DNA of 63,471 nt, counting the filler, from Rhabdomonas costata (lineage: Eukaryota), in the NCBI GenBank assembly GCA_019059605.1. It is 35 parts of 35 records of this genome, joined end to end, with 100 filler letters (N's around TTAATTAATTAA, not from the genome) between each part and the next. Parts side by side here need not be neighbours in the genome. Positions count along the whole stretch, not along the records: positions 10,903 to 12,619 come from JAHMHO010010142.1; positions 12,720 to 14,436 come from JAHMHO010010143.1; positions 14,537 to 16,253 come from JAHMHO010010144.1; positions 16,354 to 18,070 come from JAHMHO010010145.1; positions 18,171 to 19,888 come from JAHMHO010010146.1; positions 19,989 to 21,705 come from JAHMHO010010147.1; positions 21,806 to 23,522 come from JAHMHO010010148.1; positions 23,623 to 25,339 come from JAHMHO010010149.1; 27 more parts are not named here. One strand, 5' to 3'. Position 1 is the first letter of the stretch, and each line of letters begins with the position of its first letter. A program made the translations under genes and the position numbers. This document shows, one piece after another, positions 12,431 through 25,802 of the stretch. The notes below the pieces were generated by a model. That model was not told the origin of the DNA. It saw only the letters and a list, made by a program, of their open reading frames with translations, and did not search any database.

Positions 12431-14051
12431 CTGCATCCCCCCCATCCCCCAAGTGGAAACATACTTCGGCACATAGTATCGAACGACAATTGTAAAAAGG
12501 AAAGCTGGATACAAATCCATCACCAGCCCCTATAAATCCTACGAGGCCTCCCCTTTGAAAAACCGTGAAACCCGTGCAATCTGGCATTTTTTGGTACCCT
12601 AAAATACTGACCCAAAAAANNNNNNNNNNNNNNNNNNNNNNNNNNNNNNNNNNNNNNNNNNNNTTAATTAATTAANNNNNNNNNNNNNNNNNNNNNNNNN
12701 NNNNNNNNNNNNNNNNNNNTGGTGGTGTTTGATCTTTCGAAGTTGTGTGCGTCGAGCGCATAGTGCAGAGAGAGAAAACGGGGAAATGCAGATTGCCCTC
12801 CAATCCCTCGCAATTTGTTCTGCTGAATCAAAAGGACCTGTACGTAGCCCATGCTGTGGACGTGTTGCTGTGGACGGGCACCACTCATGCACTATCTGTG
12901 TGTACTATAAATGCGGAAAAGTTAAAACTGAAGTTCACGAACATTTGCTATAAAAAACGGAAGAGTGGGAATGATATAATATTCATGCGATGATTTGTGT
13001 TGGACCGTCAAAGCACGCTTTTTTGCACCACTGAGACTTCCTACTGGCCTCCTCCCAGAAGTGGAAGGTTCCTGTACTCTCTATGGTAGCTGAACCGATG
13101 TGCGGTGCCTGAAACACTGACGTCACGGTGCCAAACACTTCCCGGGCTACCTCTTTGTTTTTCGTGTCAGAAACGGGATCCCGGCGCGAGTTCGACCGAC
13201 CGTCTGGAAGTACCTCCTGCGGGTTTCGATCCCAGATAAATGTGTATTTGCGCGCCTCCCCCACCCCTGACTCCCCTTTGCTGACTGAAGATCGGGGCGG
13301 GGGGCGAAATCGAGCGGATTCCCGATATTTTTTTGAAAAGGAAGCCGAACTATTTCTCTGGGTTAGGGGTTCGGTAAACTGGGGCCTTTTTCCATAAGTT
13401 CAACCTGCCTTCTCTGTGCCCACCGCTCGTTTCCCTGGGCTCCAAGCCGAACGCTTTTTGGGAACGTCCGCAACCCTTTTCGCAGCTCAGGAGGAGACCC
13501 ACGTGAAGCGGCAAACGGAGCTGTATGCTCTGCTGAGCCGGGCCACGGGCCCAGATGTGCGGCTGGAGCCTCTAATGCAGCAGCTCCGAACCTGCTACCC
13601 CGAGTTGTACGGCAGCCCGCCCGTCCGGGGGAAGGTACTCGTGTCTGAGTGTGAGTTCGGAGAGTTTTGCGATTTTAATTCACAGGTGTGACGACGAAGC
13701 GGAGTTGTTGTCAATGGTTTGTAACGATCTATGATGACTGCCTGCCGCCTCTGCGGGCGTGTCATTGCCGCAAAACCGCCTCCGCCCTTCCGAAGGGCGA
13801 ATGGCGTGTTTTGCCTGTGACATTCAGACGTTTGGTTCTGTGGGGGTCTTTTGCGGGCGTGGATGGAGATAGTGTCGTGCACCAGGAGTCAGCGATCCAG
13901 GGATGCGAAGGGCGAAGGGCTTCCTTTTAGCGAGGCTCAGTCATGCGGGAATCGACAAAGCTTACCTGCCCGACCTTTATCTCACAACATTGTGCTTCTC
14001 TTGCGCCTCCTCACGAGCGGAACCCTTTGAATTAGCTGCATTTGAACTTCT

Positions 14052-14431
14052 GTGGTACGTACGTGAATGTCATAATCGACTGTAATTTGTAATACAATAT
14101 AATTCAATAATACAATATAATTCAACAATACAATATAATTCCATATAATGTCATATGATATTAATAAAGCGTACTGAAGCTTCGGAATATATTGGCGAAC
14201 GGTTTCGAGCATATACGGGGAACTAGAATTCAAGACTCCCAAGCTGGTAATTGTGGTCAGCGGCTTGTACCCGTTGAGTCACCACGGGTAACAATGGCAC
14301 CACAGACATCCGTGTGCCTCGGGACGATTGTATTTTTTGCGGGGCCTTAAAAGTTTGTTGAATTATATTGTATTATTGAATTATATTGTATTACAAATTA
14401 CAGTCGATTATGACATTCACGTACGTACCAC
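14052..14431. repeat. Contig-terminal inverted duplication with internal AATACAATATAATTC tandem units
   Basis: 14052-14128 is the reverse complement of 14355-14431. Confidence 0.9.
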
Positions 14432-15209
14432 CACAANNNNNNNNNNNNNNNNNNNNNNNNNNNNNNNNNNNNNNNNNNNNTTAATTAATTAANNNNNNNN
14501 NNNNNNNNNNNNNNNNNNNNNNNNNNNNNNNNNNNNAGACCCCGGTGAGGACGAGAGATGGGCCGCGCTTTGCCTTTGTTTGATTCGGAAAGGAGTTGTC
14601 AGAATCGTGGGGGATCTGGGTCGTCATACTATGGAGGGGTGCCTTGAAGATCTGTGAGAGCATGTCTATCGCCTGTGCAAAACTTCTAAGTCCATCCTGC
14701 GGCCCCCTAGAGTTTTCTTAAAATGTCCTGGTTCGCGAGGCGGCGGCTTGCTTTCGCGTACTCGTAGGCGGCACTCGTGCCCCTTCGGATTCCATAAATA
14801 TAAAGATTATTGAACAGACTATTCCATTCGCTTTTGATTCTCTTCTGGAAGCCGAAGAAGTGTGTTCTAGGACCGCAGGATGGCGTATTCCCATCGGTGC
14901 CAACGCGGATGCAGGTTTGCTGCTACCTGCTGTTGCTGACCGGATTACCTGGGGGGGGGGGAACCCAGAAATCCTTTATTTTGACCCGGTAGTAGGCTGG
15001 ATTGCTGCGGCTGTGGCTCCCCTGGAATTGGTGGAACCGCTTTGCGCATTTTGCATGCTTTGCTGCACCTGTGAGTTCTCCTCCTTGGCAGACCTACGTA
15101 CTTCGCTTACCGTCCCTTCCCTGATTGATTGATCGCTGCCGACTCCTTTTAGGTGATACGTTGCCGCTGTTGCACAGCGCAAGGAAACTAAGTAAACATA
15201 CACACACAG

Positions 15210-16046
15210 GTTCCCTTTCTGGAGCTGTTCCGGTTTGCGGACGGGCTGGACGTGGTGCTTATGGTGGTGGGCAGCCTGTGCGCGGTGGGCTCCGGGGTGA
15301 CCTTCCCTGCGGCCACCTACACCTTCTCGGAGATGATCGACGGGATGGCCACCTCCACCCTGTTCAATGTCGTGGAGCGGGTCAGCCGGAACTCCCTGCA
15401 CATGGTGCTGATCGGGCTGGTGGCGTGGGCCCTGGCCTGGGCTGCGGTGGGGATGTGGATGGTCAGCGGGACGCGGCAGATGCTGAGGTTCCGGGTGGCG
15501 CTGTTCCGGGCCATCCTGGCCCAGGAGGTGGGGTGGTTTGACATGGAGAAGCCCGGCGAGATCGCCAGTCGGGTCACCGTGGATGCCGCCCTCGTCGAGA
15601 AGGCGGTGCGTGCGTGCGCGTGTGGGTGCAAGTTTTTTTTGTGACGAGCAGGAGGGGGTCCTTGCTTGCTTCGAGCCCGCGTCTCCAACCGCTGTGAGAC
15701 CCGCTTCCATTTGTGCGAGAGTGAGATGATGGCGCCTCTTTTGCTTTGTCTTGGCGTTTCCTGTACGGTGACGTATGTGTCGTATTTCCCGTACGGTGAC
15801 GTATGTGTCCCGGAGGGTGCCATACGGTGCCGCGAGGGATGAGGGGTCGGGGTGGCGCTCCCACAGATCTCGGAGAAGCTGGAGAACTTCTTCCAGTACA
15901 CTTCAGTGTTCGTGTTTGGGCTGATCTTTGGATTCTGGAAGTCCTGGCGGCTCAGTCTCGTGGCGCTGTGCGTGGTGCCCCTGCTGGTGGTCTGCGGGTT
16001 CTTGTTCCAGCAGGTCCTGGCCAAGGCCACCGCCCTGGGGCAGAAG
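15210..16046 (+). CDS. ABCB/MDR (P-glycoprotein-like) ABC transporter, TMD1 exons 15210-15605 and 15867-16046
   Basis: VPFLELFRFADGLD...SGTRQMLRFRVALFRAILAQEVGWFD...GEIASRV...EKA|ISEKL..FFQ...FGFWKSWRLSLV is the classic ABCB1 N-terminus. The GT-AG intron is in frame. Confidence 0.92.
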
Positions 16047-16959
16047 GTCAGCCCTACACTGTGCAGCACACCCCCTTGCGCTTCTGCTCCCCCGCGCTCG
16101 TGTTCCGTGAGTCTTCCCACCCATACCAGGTTTGCAGCACCAGGAATCCTGCTTCCCTTGGTCAGCACAGACAGTTATATCGTGTTGACTGAGCCGTGCA
16201 ATGTTTGTTGTTGCTTGTTCGTGGGTCTCAGAGAAATTAGGTAACCAACACAANNNNNNNNNNNNNNNNNNNNNNNNNNNNNNNNNNNNNNNNNNNNTTA
16301 ATTAATTAANNNNNNNNNNNNNNNNNNNNNNNNNNNNNNNNNNNNNNNNNNNNGGGGGGTGGTGTGAATACATTGCCCAAGCGACCTTGCATCACGTAAG
16401 TGGAGGAGAAGGCAGACAAAAAGCAAGACGCCGTCTTTGCCGTTGGCAGCGACTATGAGAATCTTGCAATGCAGAGAGTTGACGGGTTTTATTGCCTAGT
16501 TTGGTTCTCCGGGCGAGTACCGGAAACTACGTAATATGTGGCAAAGTGGCACGGGTGGCGCCAAGATCTGCTGCGGACCACCAGTGATGCTCCAAAGGTT
16601 AGTCCAACCTCTTCAACGTCACCGCATGCATCAAGCAATGCGCAGGTACCTGAAAATGAACCAGCGTGTTGTTCAAGAAGGTGAGATAGCTGAACAATGA
16701 AAGAAGAAAAGTGAAGGAACATAAAAGGAAGACATCAGGTGCAAAGACGCCCAATTGGACAACATGGATCGAGAAACTTAAACATGTAACATACCAAGAA
16801 TTCCAAAAAGTTCCAAAAAAAAAGATGCAATGACAAATGATGAAGGATGCGACAAAATTAAGAGTGCGATCAATACAAAGATGTAATTATGTAACCAGCG
16901 TTTGCAAAAACAAACAATAGACGGAGAGAAAGAGAGAAACACAGTCAGTCAGCTGCAAA

Positions 16960-17420
16960 AAAGTATGCGCAAAGATCATCTCGCACAACCCCCTCCCTCT
17001 AACCCCAAACCCCCATGGAACTTTCTCAGTCCAACCGTCGAAACAGCAAATCCAAGAGATGCAGATACAGAAATCAAGCCAGCCCTTCCACGCAAAGAAA
17101 CCACAATCTCAGAAAATAAAAATATCCCACCCTCGGTTGGATAGCGTGATGAACACGGTGCGGTTGAACCAGGGCACGGCCGAGGCCACTGAAAGCGAGG
17201 CAAACCACCGGCGGATCTTCCCCTTAAAGTCGTGCTCCCGGGTGAGGTGCTTGTGAGGCTGCCAACCTTGCAGCACCCCGGGAGGGTGGGTCGCGGGCTT
17301 GCCCAGGGCTCCCAGGCTCAGTAGGGAACACACTACCACCACCGCCCCAAGCAGCGCAGCGGAAGAGAAGCCCATTGGTACCATTCGGCGCACGTCAACA
17401 CAGGCCAGAGTGTCGTCGAA
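16960..17420 (+). pseudogene. Decayed retroviral-type (rve) integrase remnant
   Basis: Ordered motif relics across frames: KPPWNFLS, TVRLNQGT, EHTTTTAPSSAAEEKPIGTIRR. Confidence 0.3.
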
Positions 17421-17930
17421 AGGGCCTGTCCAAGACATCTTGCAACTTGGCTCGAGCCATGCCAAAGGGGAGAGACAAGAGCTGCACCGAAGGTCAAGCG
17501 CACACATGGAAAATATCATTATATCCGAGATATAAGAAGACGAAGAAAAAGAAATTATGTTGGCATAGTTAACACAGGGAGAACTTTTTGTTCCTTTCCA
17601 TCAGTTGGGACAGAGGAGACAAAGTCCCTGCCGTGCACACGGCGGGAACCTCAACAAAGACAGCAGAGACTATGGTGGCAAGGGGATTTCGACATAAGAT
17701 GTCTGCCATCCCGGGGGTCGGCAAGTAGTGAGCCGCCTTCCGAACAAAAGACGTCGTCCCCCAAGCGGGTCAGAATTAAATATTCACCGAAGAACCCTGC
17801 CAGAAGGTTTTTCCTGGCATTTCCTGGCATTCCTGACATTTCCCATGGGCAAGTCTTCGAGAAGAAGAAAGTTCTTCGTACCGAAGACCGATTGCTAGAC
17901 AATTCGAGGCAAATTGTGAACGTTTGTTTC

Positions 17931-18066
17931 GGTATAAATTAAGAGAGAAAAGATATGACAAAACTCAAAACAAAACGATCCTAAAAGGCAAATCATGCTG
18001 CATATTTGCCTTTTAGGATCGTTTTGTTTTGAGTTTTGTCATATCTTTTCTCTCTTAATTTATACC
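17931..18066. repeat. Contig-terminal fold-back (about 63-bp arms)
   Basis: 17931-17993 is the reverse complement of 18004-18066. Confidence 0.9.
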
Positions 18067-19435
18067 AAAANNNNNNNNNNNNNNNNNNNNNNNNNNNNNN
18101 NNNNNNNNNNNNNNTTAATTAATTAANNNNNNNNNNNNNNNNNNNNNNNNNNNNNNNNNNNNNNNNNNNNGGGTGGTTGTGTGTTCATGCAAAACCTTGA
18201 TTTACCACTACGCTTTTAATGTATTTTTTAATGTAGTTTACTGTTATGACAAAATGATGTGGAAAGTGTTGTGTTCAAAAACTTTCTTCTTGATCTTTTT
18301 GGTGCATTTCCATAGGGCGTCGTTCAAGGGTTTTTGTCCAATTTGCACTATTTTCGGACCAATGGATTGGCGCGCCTGGGACAGAGCATCTCCATCCAAT
18401 GGTTAAAAGTGGAGGGCCGGTGTCGGTTTAAGCCGATTTCATGATATCAATACGGCGGGGACGTGATGATGATGCTGCTCCATGTTTTTTGTTAGCAAAC
18501 AAAGCTTGGCGGCAGGTGGCTCGGTTGGTATCGGGCTACGGGTTGCCGATTTCTTCTTGCCTTCCTTTTGGCGCAGCGCGACGTCGACGCATGGCAGGAC
18601 CTCTTCGAAAGCAGAGGCGTTTGAAAACGAGTAGCCAGCAGAAGCCACCCGCAAGATTAGTCCTGCTAAACCACCCATTTTGCCCAAGACCACGCCCCCG
18701 AGAAAGCAAGCGCGGGATCGGAGAGCCCAAAGAAATCAAAGATCTAGCTGTTGACACAGACCGCGGAGCATGAAGAGAGGAAGCCGGACCGGGATCGGGA
18801 CAAAGCAAGCTTCGTGCTTTGTCCTGGGTGCTTCCACCAAGGTAAACCGGGTAACCCGAAGCGGAGCCACGACCACCCGCAAGAGGTTGGAGGCAGGTAA
18901 GAGGTTCGGCGGATAGACGGATTGTGAAAAACAAACCCTGTGAACGCAAAAAGTCCTTACCGAATACGTGGATTACCCTTGGCGGAAGTTTTACTGGAAG
19001 TTTTCCTTCAACCGGGAAAGCTCAAAATTTTCAAGCCCTGTGAAAGACCGAAAGCACCGATACGGAAGGTTCACCAAAGGAGTGACCGACACAGAAACAG
19101 TCACCACCAACAAAAAGCCACACATTCGATGGAAGGAAACGTGCAAGCTGCTCGGCAGCGGCAGTCGGAAAGCATCAAGATGAGGAAGGCAGCACAACAA
19201 CACGGCGCATAGATGCGCAGGCAGAAACGCACACGCACACGCGCAGGCAGGCATAGAGACTGAGACGGCGGATTGTGCCGAAACCCAGCGTGACACAGTG
19301 CAGGAGGGGGGGGGGAGATGCGCTAGAGAAGGTAAGAGGTAGACAAGCAACACAAGACTATGCCACTTAACCCCTCACGGGCACAATGGCACCGCTAAAG
19401 GGGTCGGAGCCTTTGGGTGTTGGCAATTTTGTCCT

Positions 19436-19676
19436 TTACGCGTCCTTTGTAAACTTGGACTCCAGGAGCTTCTTGGCTTCGTCCTCCCCACTCTCCGCGG
19501 CCACCACCAGCCAGCCCTCGCTGCGGCGCACGTCACGGGGCTGCGCCATTCCCCCAGATAGCAAGGCCCGGCCTACCTCCAACTGGCCCGCGCTGTAGCC
19601 CTTGCGCGCGGAGCGCAGGAACCACTCAAACGCCGCCCGGGGGTCCCGCGGGGTGCCCGTTCCCTCGAAGTAGCAC
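19436..19676 (-). CDS. Sel1-like repeat protein, last exon
   Basis: CYFEGTGTPRDPRAAFEWFLRSARKGYSAGQLEVG...RDVRRSEGWLVVAAESG. AG acceptor and TAA stop. Confidence 0.85.
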
Positions 19677-19988
19677 CTTAAGGGGGCGGGCGAATGGTAT
19701 CGATGTGCGCTCATTGTATATTGCGCTGGTCAGTGAGGAGCTGTTGCCTCGGTTCACAGGTGATCCGTTGCTTGCGCAAAACAGCGCTGCATTGCTCACC
19801 GTTTTGGGAGGAAGTGAAGCGATGCGGCAATAATTTAGTGGTAGTGAACCTGAAACATGGGCACGATCCATAGAGACCCCAAAAAAAANNNNNNNNNNNN
19901 NNNNNNNNNNNNNNNNNNNNNNNNNNNNNNNNTTAATTAATTAANNNNNNNNNNNNNNNNNNNNNNNNNNNNNNNNNNNNNNNNNNNN

Positions 19989-21689
19989 TGCCTTCACTGC
20001 TATGTCGCAGTACATCAGAGTAAATCATATCACTTCAAGGCTTCCAGGCCGCCCCCCGCCCCCATATGTCCCCAGTTTTTTCCTTATCCCTCCACGCAAC
20101 ATTTTTATGCGACTTCATGACCATCCTTTCGCCTCCCCCCCCCCCCCGTTTTGTTGCTGCGTTGTCTTTTGTCTTGTCGCCCGCTGCTGAGAGTTGGACT
20201 GGGGGATTCCATCCTTCAGTCCATAGAAATGCAGCGAAGAGGCATCGTGAACGTTCACCCATCTTCCCCTCGCTCTTTAGATGCAACCCATCAATCTGTG
20301 CGAGTGCTTTACAAAAGAAAATCGAATCTTTGCTGACAGTACCTGTGGCTTTCCCGGCAGCTAAAACAGCCGCACAACGCACTCCTCGTCTGTTCTGTCG
20401 TCCGAAGCTTCGGAATGGCATTCCACGTTCAGCTCACTGCATTCTGGGCAGGTCAAATGCTGTCGATGAATGCCTTCTTTTTGGCCATCATCCACGCCGC
20501 GTTGCTCCGCCCGATGAAAAGAAGATCAATCTGGTCAAATTACTAAGGCGACACCCTTCAAGAAGACCCAGCAGTTCAAGGCAAAACTGAAAGTGCGGGA
20601 TGGGTTGTTGTGGTGCATCTGCTGTATATTTCCTGTCAGTTACTATGCCTTTGTGCTGGCTTACGCTGGGGGCGGAGCTCCACGAAGCGGCAGGTCATCC
20701 ATGTGCGTCCGCTGGGTCCCGTGGTCTCCGCTGCAGCGACGTACGGGTGGTAGGGGTGTGGGGACCCCGAGACCCATACTGCGAGGACGAGCACCAAACC
20801 CACCACCCCAGAGCTTGTGGCATGCCGAGGTCATCTCATCAGCCAGAGGCTGAGGCTGGGCATCGTCATATTTTTCAGAATAATCAGGATTATTATCACC
20901 ACCACCAGCCCGCCGCACCAAAGGCATTAATCAGAGCAAGAGGAGCGTGCTTCCCTGCACTACGGGGGATGCGCTAAGAAACACTCCATCATCACTACCA
21001 ACTGGCCAGCGGAGCATCATAAATTTACTTTCCCCAGATGGGGTCCCTCCTCGCTTTATCAAAACCTGGGGGGGACTTGGGATTTGAATGGGCCGATTTA
21101 GGCTGGCGGCGATTCCAAAGGCTGCTTCACACCTGAAAAGCCTCTGTACCCTTCCCTTTGGCTCAAAACCGCAAAAACCAAACCCACGATGTCCACTGCA
21201 ATAGTCTGTACCAAACCGGAGTACAAGTCCCCTCAGCTTACAAACTGGGAGATCCTTCCTTCCTTCACGCCTGTGGACTCTTGGGCTAGCGTCGGTCCGG
21301 TCTCTCATTTGCTCTTCTCTTTCTGATTTGTTGTGCTTGATTATGATGGGCTTTCCAGTCTCCTCGCTGACCTTCCGTCCAGCACCTCAACAACTCGTTC
21401 TGAGAACAAACTTGCAAAAACCTCACCCCTGAAACCTCGGTCAATGTTCATCCGAGCCAGATTTTCTGATCCGCCTCGTCTCCTCTCGGTCTCATCCTCG
21501 TGGCCTCATCCTTCCTCTGATTTCGTGCATTCCATCGGCCTCGAGGCATGATCGTACCTGTCCACTGCATAGTCCTTTTGCTGCTGCTACTACGTCGCAG
21601 TGCAAAATAATACTGCTGCCCTCAGGATCGTGCCTTCACTGCTATGTCGCAGTACATCAGAGTAAATCATATCACTTCAAGGCTTCCAG
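19989..21689. repeat. 59-bp exact terminal direct repeat (19989-20047 = 21631-21689), period 1642 bp
   Basis: Direct sequence comparison of the two contig ends. Confidence 0.92.
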
Positions 21690-21959
21690 CCCGCCCCCCA
21701 CCACANNNNNNNNNNNNNNNNNNNNNNNNNNNNNNNNNNNNNNNNNNNNTTAATTAATTAANNNNNNNNNNNNNNNNNNNNNNNNNNNNNNNNNNNNNNN
21801 NNNNNGGGTTGTGGGCGCCTTTCAACCCCTCGGCCATCGCAGACAGATGCATTGAAAGAGTAAAAAGGCGCCCACAGCCGAAAACATAAGGAACAAAAAT
21901 CGCAGAAAAAAATCATCGGAGAATCCTGCAAAAAAAATATGCCACAAACCTTTGTCAGG

Positions 21960-23522
21960 CTCTTCCCTCTTTTTTTGCTGGCTGACGCGATTGTCAACAC
22001 TGTCACTGTCGCGGACGAAAGTGGTGTCATTTGCCTGCTGCTTGCTCCGTCTTTTGTCCTCCGCTCCGGTGCCCACTTGGTCAGCGCGCACCCCCGAGGA
22101 GGTGTGAGAAGACGGGCTGTGGGGGGAAACGTCCGAGGACACGGGACTCACACCCACGTAATTGGGCGGAGGCTTAAGAAGGCCGTCACCCCCACCTCTC
22201 TCCTCCTCCTCCTCCTCCTCCTCGTCCTCCTCGTCCAAGGTGAGCAGATCCGAAGTGGATTCGTCAGAAGTAGATCTGAGTTCGTCAAGCGTGGCTGTGA
22301 AAGAAAGGACGTGTTGATGTGTTAGCACGGAGCAAAAGAAAGGAGCGGATGAGGGCTTGAAAAATGAGTCAAATCCCTCAAAATAGCACGTTGGGATAGC
22401 AAATGGCCAGAGTCACAACATGTCAATGAAGAATGCAAGAGCCATACGTTTGGAGGTACTCATCGGCGTTGCGGAGGTAGGCGTTCCACCATATTGCATA
22501 TCTGGAGCCATCCCAAGCAATTCCGACGTTGTGTCCGACCGAGCGCTGTCACATTCTGCCCCAGCAGAGACAACGCCACTGAAAGGCTTTAACTGCAAAC
22601 TCTTGCTTTGCGTATCCTCCTTGGGCACCGACGAGGACGAATTCGGGGATGGCGACTCAGTTGATGACAACCTCGGGGAGATCTCCGGCTTTTCACCACG
22701 CTTTTTCATTTCCACCCGTCTCTCAACATCCTGAAAGAAACTTCTGGGGTCGACAGGGACAAAAACTTTTGGAGACCTCGTTCCCGGCGAACCAGCAGCA
22801 GCTGTTGAAGAAGTAGCTCCAGAATGGGGCTTCAGCGCAGCACGCTTCTCCTCAAGAACTCTCTGCAGCTTTTCTTCCAGCGCCTTGCCCTCCCATTCGG
22901 AGACTAAGCTTGGTGGTGACCGAGCAGAGTTCGGAGGGGGAGGCAACCTGAATTCTAACGAATCTTCGTCACCAACACCCGAGCCAGCAACAACAGGAAC
23001 ATCAGAGATTGACACCCGTCGGCCCATTGACCGCGAACCGGTGCCCTGAGATTTCAACGCTGACACTATAGCCCTGGGTTCAGTTCGATCCCTGGGATGG
23101 TCATCCACTGAATAAGAAACTGGAAGACTGCCCCCTTCAGGAATCTCAAAATGACCATCCCCATTAGCCAAGGTTTTGCTGGTTTTGCTGGTTTGGGTAA
23201 CGGACTTCGAGGAAACCACGCTGCTTGCGGGCTTCTCCGCAGCCTCTATGGCAGCTGTGGCAGCTGGTGCGTCACCGCCAACGATGGAAGATTCTCCACT
23301 CTCAAGTTGACTGGGCTGAACGTCCAACCGGCCCCCAACTTCTCTCGAAAACCCTCCATTTCCAGCACTCACTACCGTCGAGCCTCCTCCTACCACTGCA
23401 GCTGGGGCAGCACCACTCATTGCGTGCACGGGCGGCTCTTCGGCCTTGGCATCAATGCTCCTCCGCTTCACGGTGCCTGCTGCGGGTGCGATAGTCCCAG
23501 ATCCACGCCGATCCCCGGAATT
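21960..23522 (-). CDS. Large low-complexity Ser/Pro/Glu-rich exons of an unknown protein
   Basis: An open frame of more than 350 codons (22413-23522) plus a downstream acidic exon (EEDEEEEEEEE). Confidence 0.6.
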
Positions 23523-23622
23523 NNNNNNNNNNNNNNNNNNNNNNNNNNNNNNNNNNNNNNNNNNNNTTAATTAATTAANNNNNNNNNNNNNNNNNNNNNN
23601 NNNNNNNNNNNNNNNNNNNNNN

Positions 23623-24660
23623 CCAAGGGTTGGGGGGATGAAAGACGACGCTGCAAGCGCGACGGCTCCCTCAGCACTGATCATGTTGCCCCTTAGATTC
23701 AAGGAGGTGAGTTTGGAGAAGAAAGGGAGCCCGAGAAGGCTTTGGCTCTCGCAGCTGTCACTCAAGTCAAGGAAGGTGAGACTAGTGAGAGAAGATGAAG
23801 CAGCAAGGGCTTGCATCCCGGCATCCCTGAGATGACTGCCGCCCGCGTACACCCATGTGAGGTTGGGAAAACATGCTGAAGCCGACAGCGCTTCAATTCC
23901 CGCAGATCCGATCTGGTTGTACACTATGTTCAGGTTTGGGGAAAAGGACGAGGCCGCAAGGGCCCGCATCCTGGACCTGGTTGCTGTAAATCTTCAGAGA
24001 CTTGAGATTGGGAAGTACTGATGAGCCGCACGCTGCAAGCGAAGCCATTCCTGAAGCACCGAGACCGTTAAAACCCAAATTCAGCACCTTCAGCTGAAAG
24101 AAAAATGACGTGGTTGCAAGCGCTTGAACTCCCGCGGCCCCGATCTGGTTCCCGGCCACATCCAAGGACGTGAGGTTGGGAAAGGAAAATGAAGTCCCCA
24201 GCGCTTGAATTTCCAAAGCAGCGAGTGGATCGCAGTTAACCTCCAGGGACGCGAGCTTCGGAAGCAAAACATAAGCTGCAAGCGCTTCCATTCCTGCAGC
24301 CCCCAGGCTGTTGAAGCCCAGATTCAAGGCCTTCAGGTTGGGGAAGAAATCGAGGCCTGTGCAAGTGCATGCATTTCCGACTGCCTAATCTGGTTCCCGA
24401 ACACATCCAAGGAAGTCAGATTGGGAAATGACCGTTGAGGAGGCATCCTTGGCCAGTTCAGCAGAGCCCATCCGAAGCAAATACTGCACCAGGCCTTCCC
24501 TTTGACACAGACCTCCGCGGCGCAGCAGCCCAGCCGCAGGCTCGCAAATCGCCGTTCCACTTCCAAGGGGTTCCTGAGCGTCTCCGGGAGACGGAGAACA
24601 ACCTTCCACTCCGAAACGAGAAATTCATCCACCAGGGTTCGAAATTTCCAGCAGGTCAGT
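23623..24660 (-). pseudogene. Intronless leucine-rich-repeat gene (28-aa RI-like repeats) with frameshifts
   Basis: About 10 repeats of FPNLTSLDVxGNQIGAAGxxALAxS split across ORFs 24333-24842, 23893-24327 and 23571-23969. Frameshifts near 24345 and 23965, and two shortened repeats. Confidence 0.8.
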
Positions 24661-25802
24661 CGCAGCCAGAGCTGAGGCTCTAGCCCCAGGAATCGAACAG
24701 CAAACCCATGTGTACTGGGGGAGCGTGGCCATTCCTCAGCAAAAAGATTGCCTGAGTGCGGTCGCGAAAAACCCGAAGGCAAATAGAAGTAAAAACAAAG
24801 TTGCGGTGATGGGGGCCTTGGGTAAGAGAAGACGGTAACCAATGGTGGCGATTAAGGGTATTAGCGACCCATTGGTCGATCAAAAAGCGGCGCGAGTGAA
24901 TCCCAACGTTATCCACAACAGGGGAAGGGATCGCAACACCTGCGTGCTCTTTGCTGAGAAGGACCCCCTCCCTCTGTGCCTTTTCTTTGGGACTTGTGGT
25001 GTTTTCGCAGCCCTGCACCATCTACGACTGTGGCTCTGGCGTCTTCTCGGGCGCTTCCCCCGCTGGTCCTCGCCCTGACCGAGCGCGTTGTCGCAGGCCC
25101 TTCGCGCCCAGGATCTGGCCCTAAGAGGCCCTTGTTCCTTGTCTGTGCGGCACCACTGCACAAACCAGCTTGTGCCCAGTGCGATTCCGGTGACCCTCAA
25201 GAAAGGTGACGGAGCTCGAGAAGCAGTTTTTGGAGTTGCGGACAGATTTCGAAAAGGAGCGGAAAAATTGAACCTCTAAAGTGGGCAACTATAGGTAACA
25301 TCCCTGGATCATCCCTGGAGGGAGGGAGGGAGGGAGGGANNNNNNNNNNNNNNNNNNNNNNNNNNNNNNNNNNNNNNNNNNNNTTAATTAATTAANNNNN
25401 NNNNNNNNNNNNNNNNNNNNNNNNNNNNNNNNNNNNNNNGTGTTGTGGTGGAATTCTAGTTAGAGCTCCTAAGAGAGAGAGCTCCTAAGAGAGCAAAACC
25501 AGCTCCCGAGATGCGCACCAACCGTGAGTGTCATACAGTGCTGATGCAATGGTAATATGGGAAATATTATGAACACCAGAAAGTGGGGGGAGCACATGTC
25601 CTGGCGAGAGGAAACAGGGGGATCATACGGATATCGCACCTTGATGCCAGCACCAAATCTGCGTGAATCCGAATTGCGAATTCAAGCTGATTCGGTTCGA
25701 ACCGAGTTCAGGATTGAAAGCTGATTTTAAGGAGAGGCTCCTCTTCTTAAGTTCAAAGTGTGAAAGAGGCATGTGAAATTCACCCACTCCCCGCCCAAAC
25801 CT

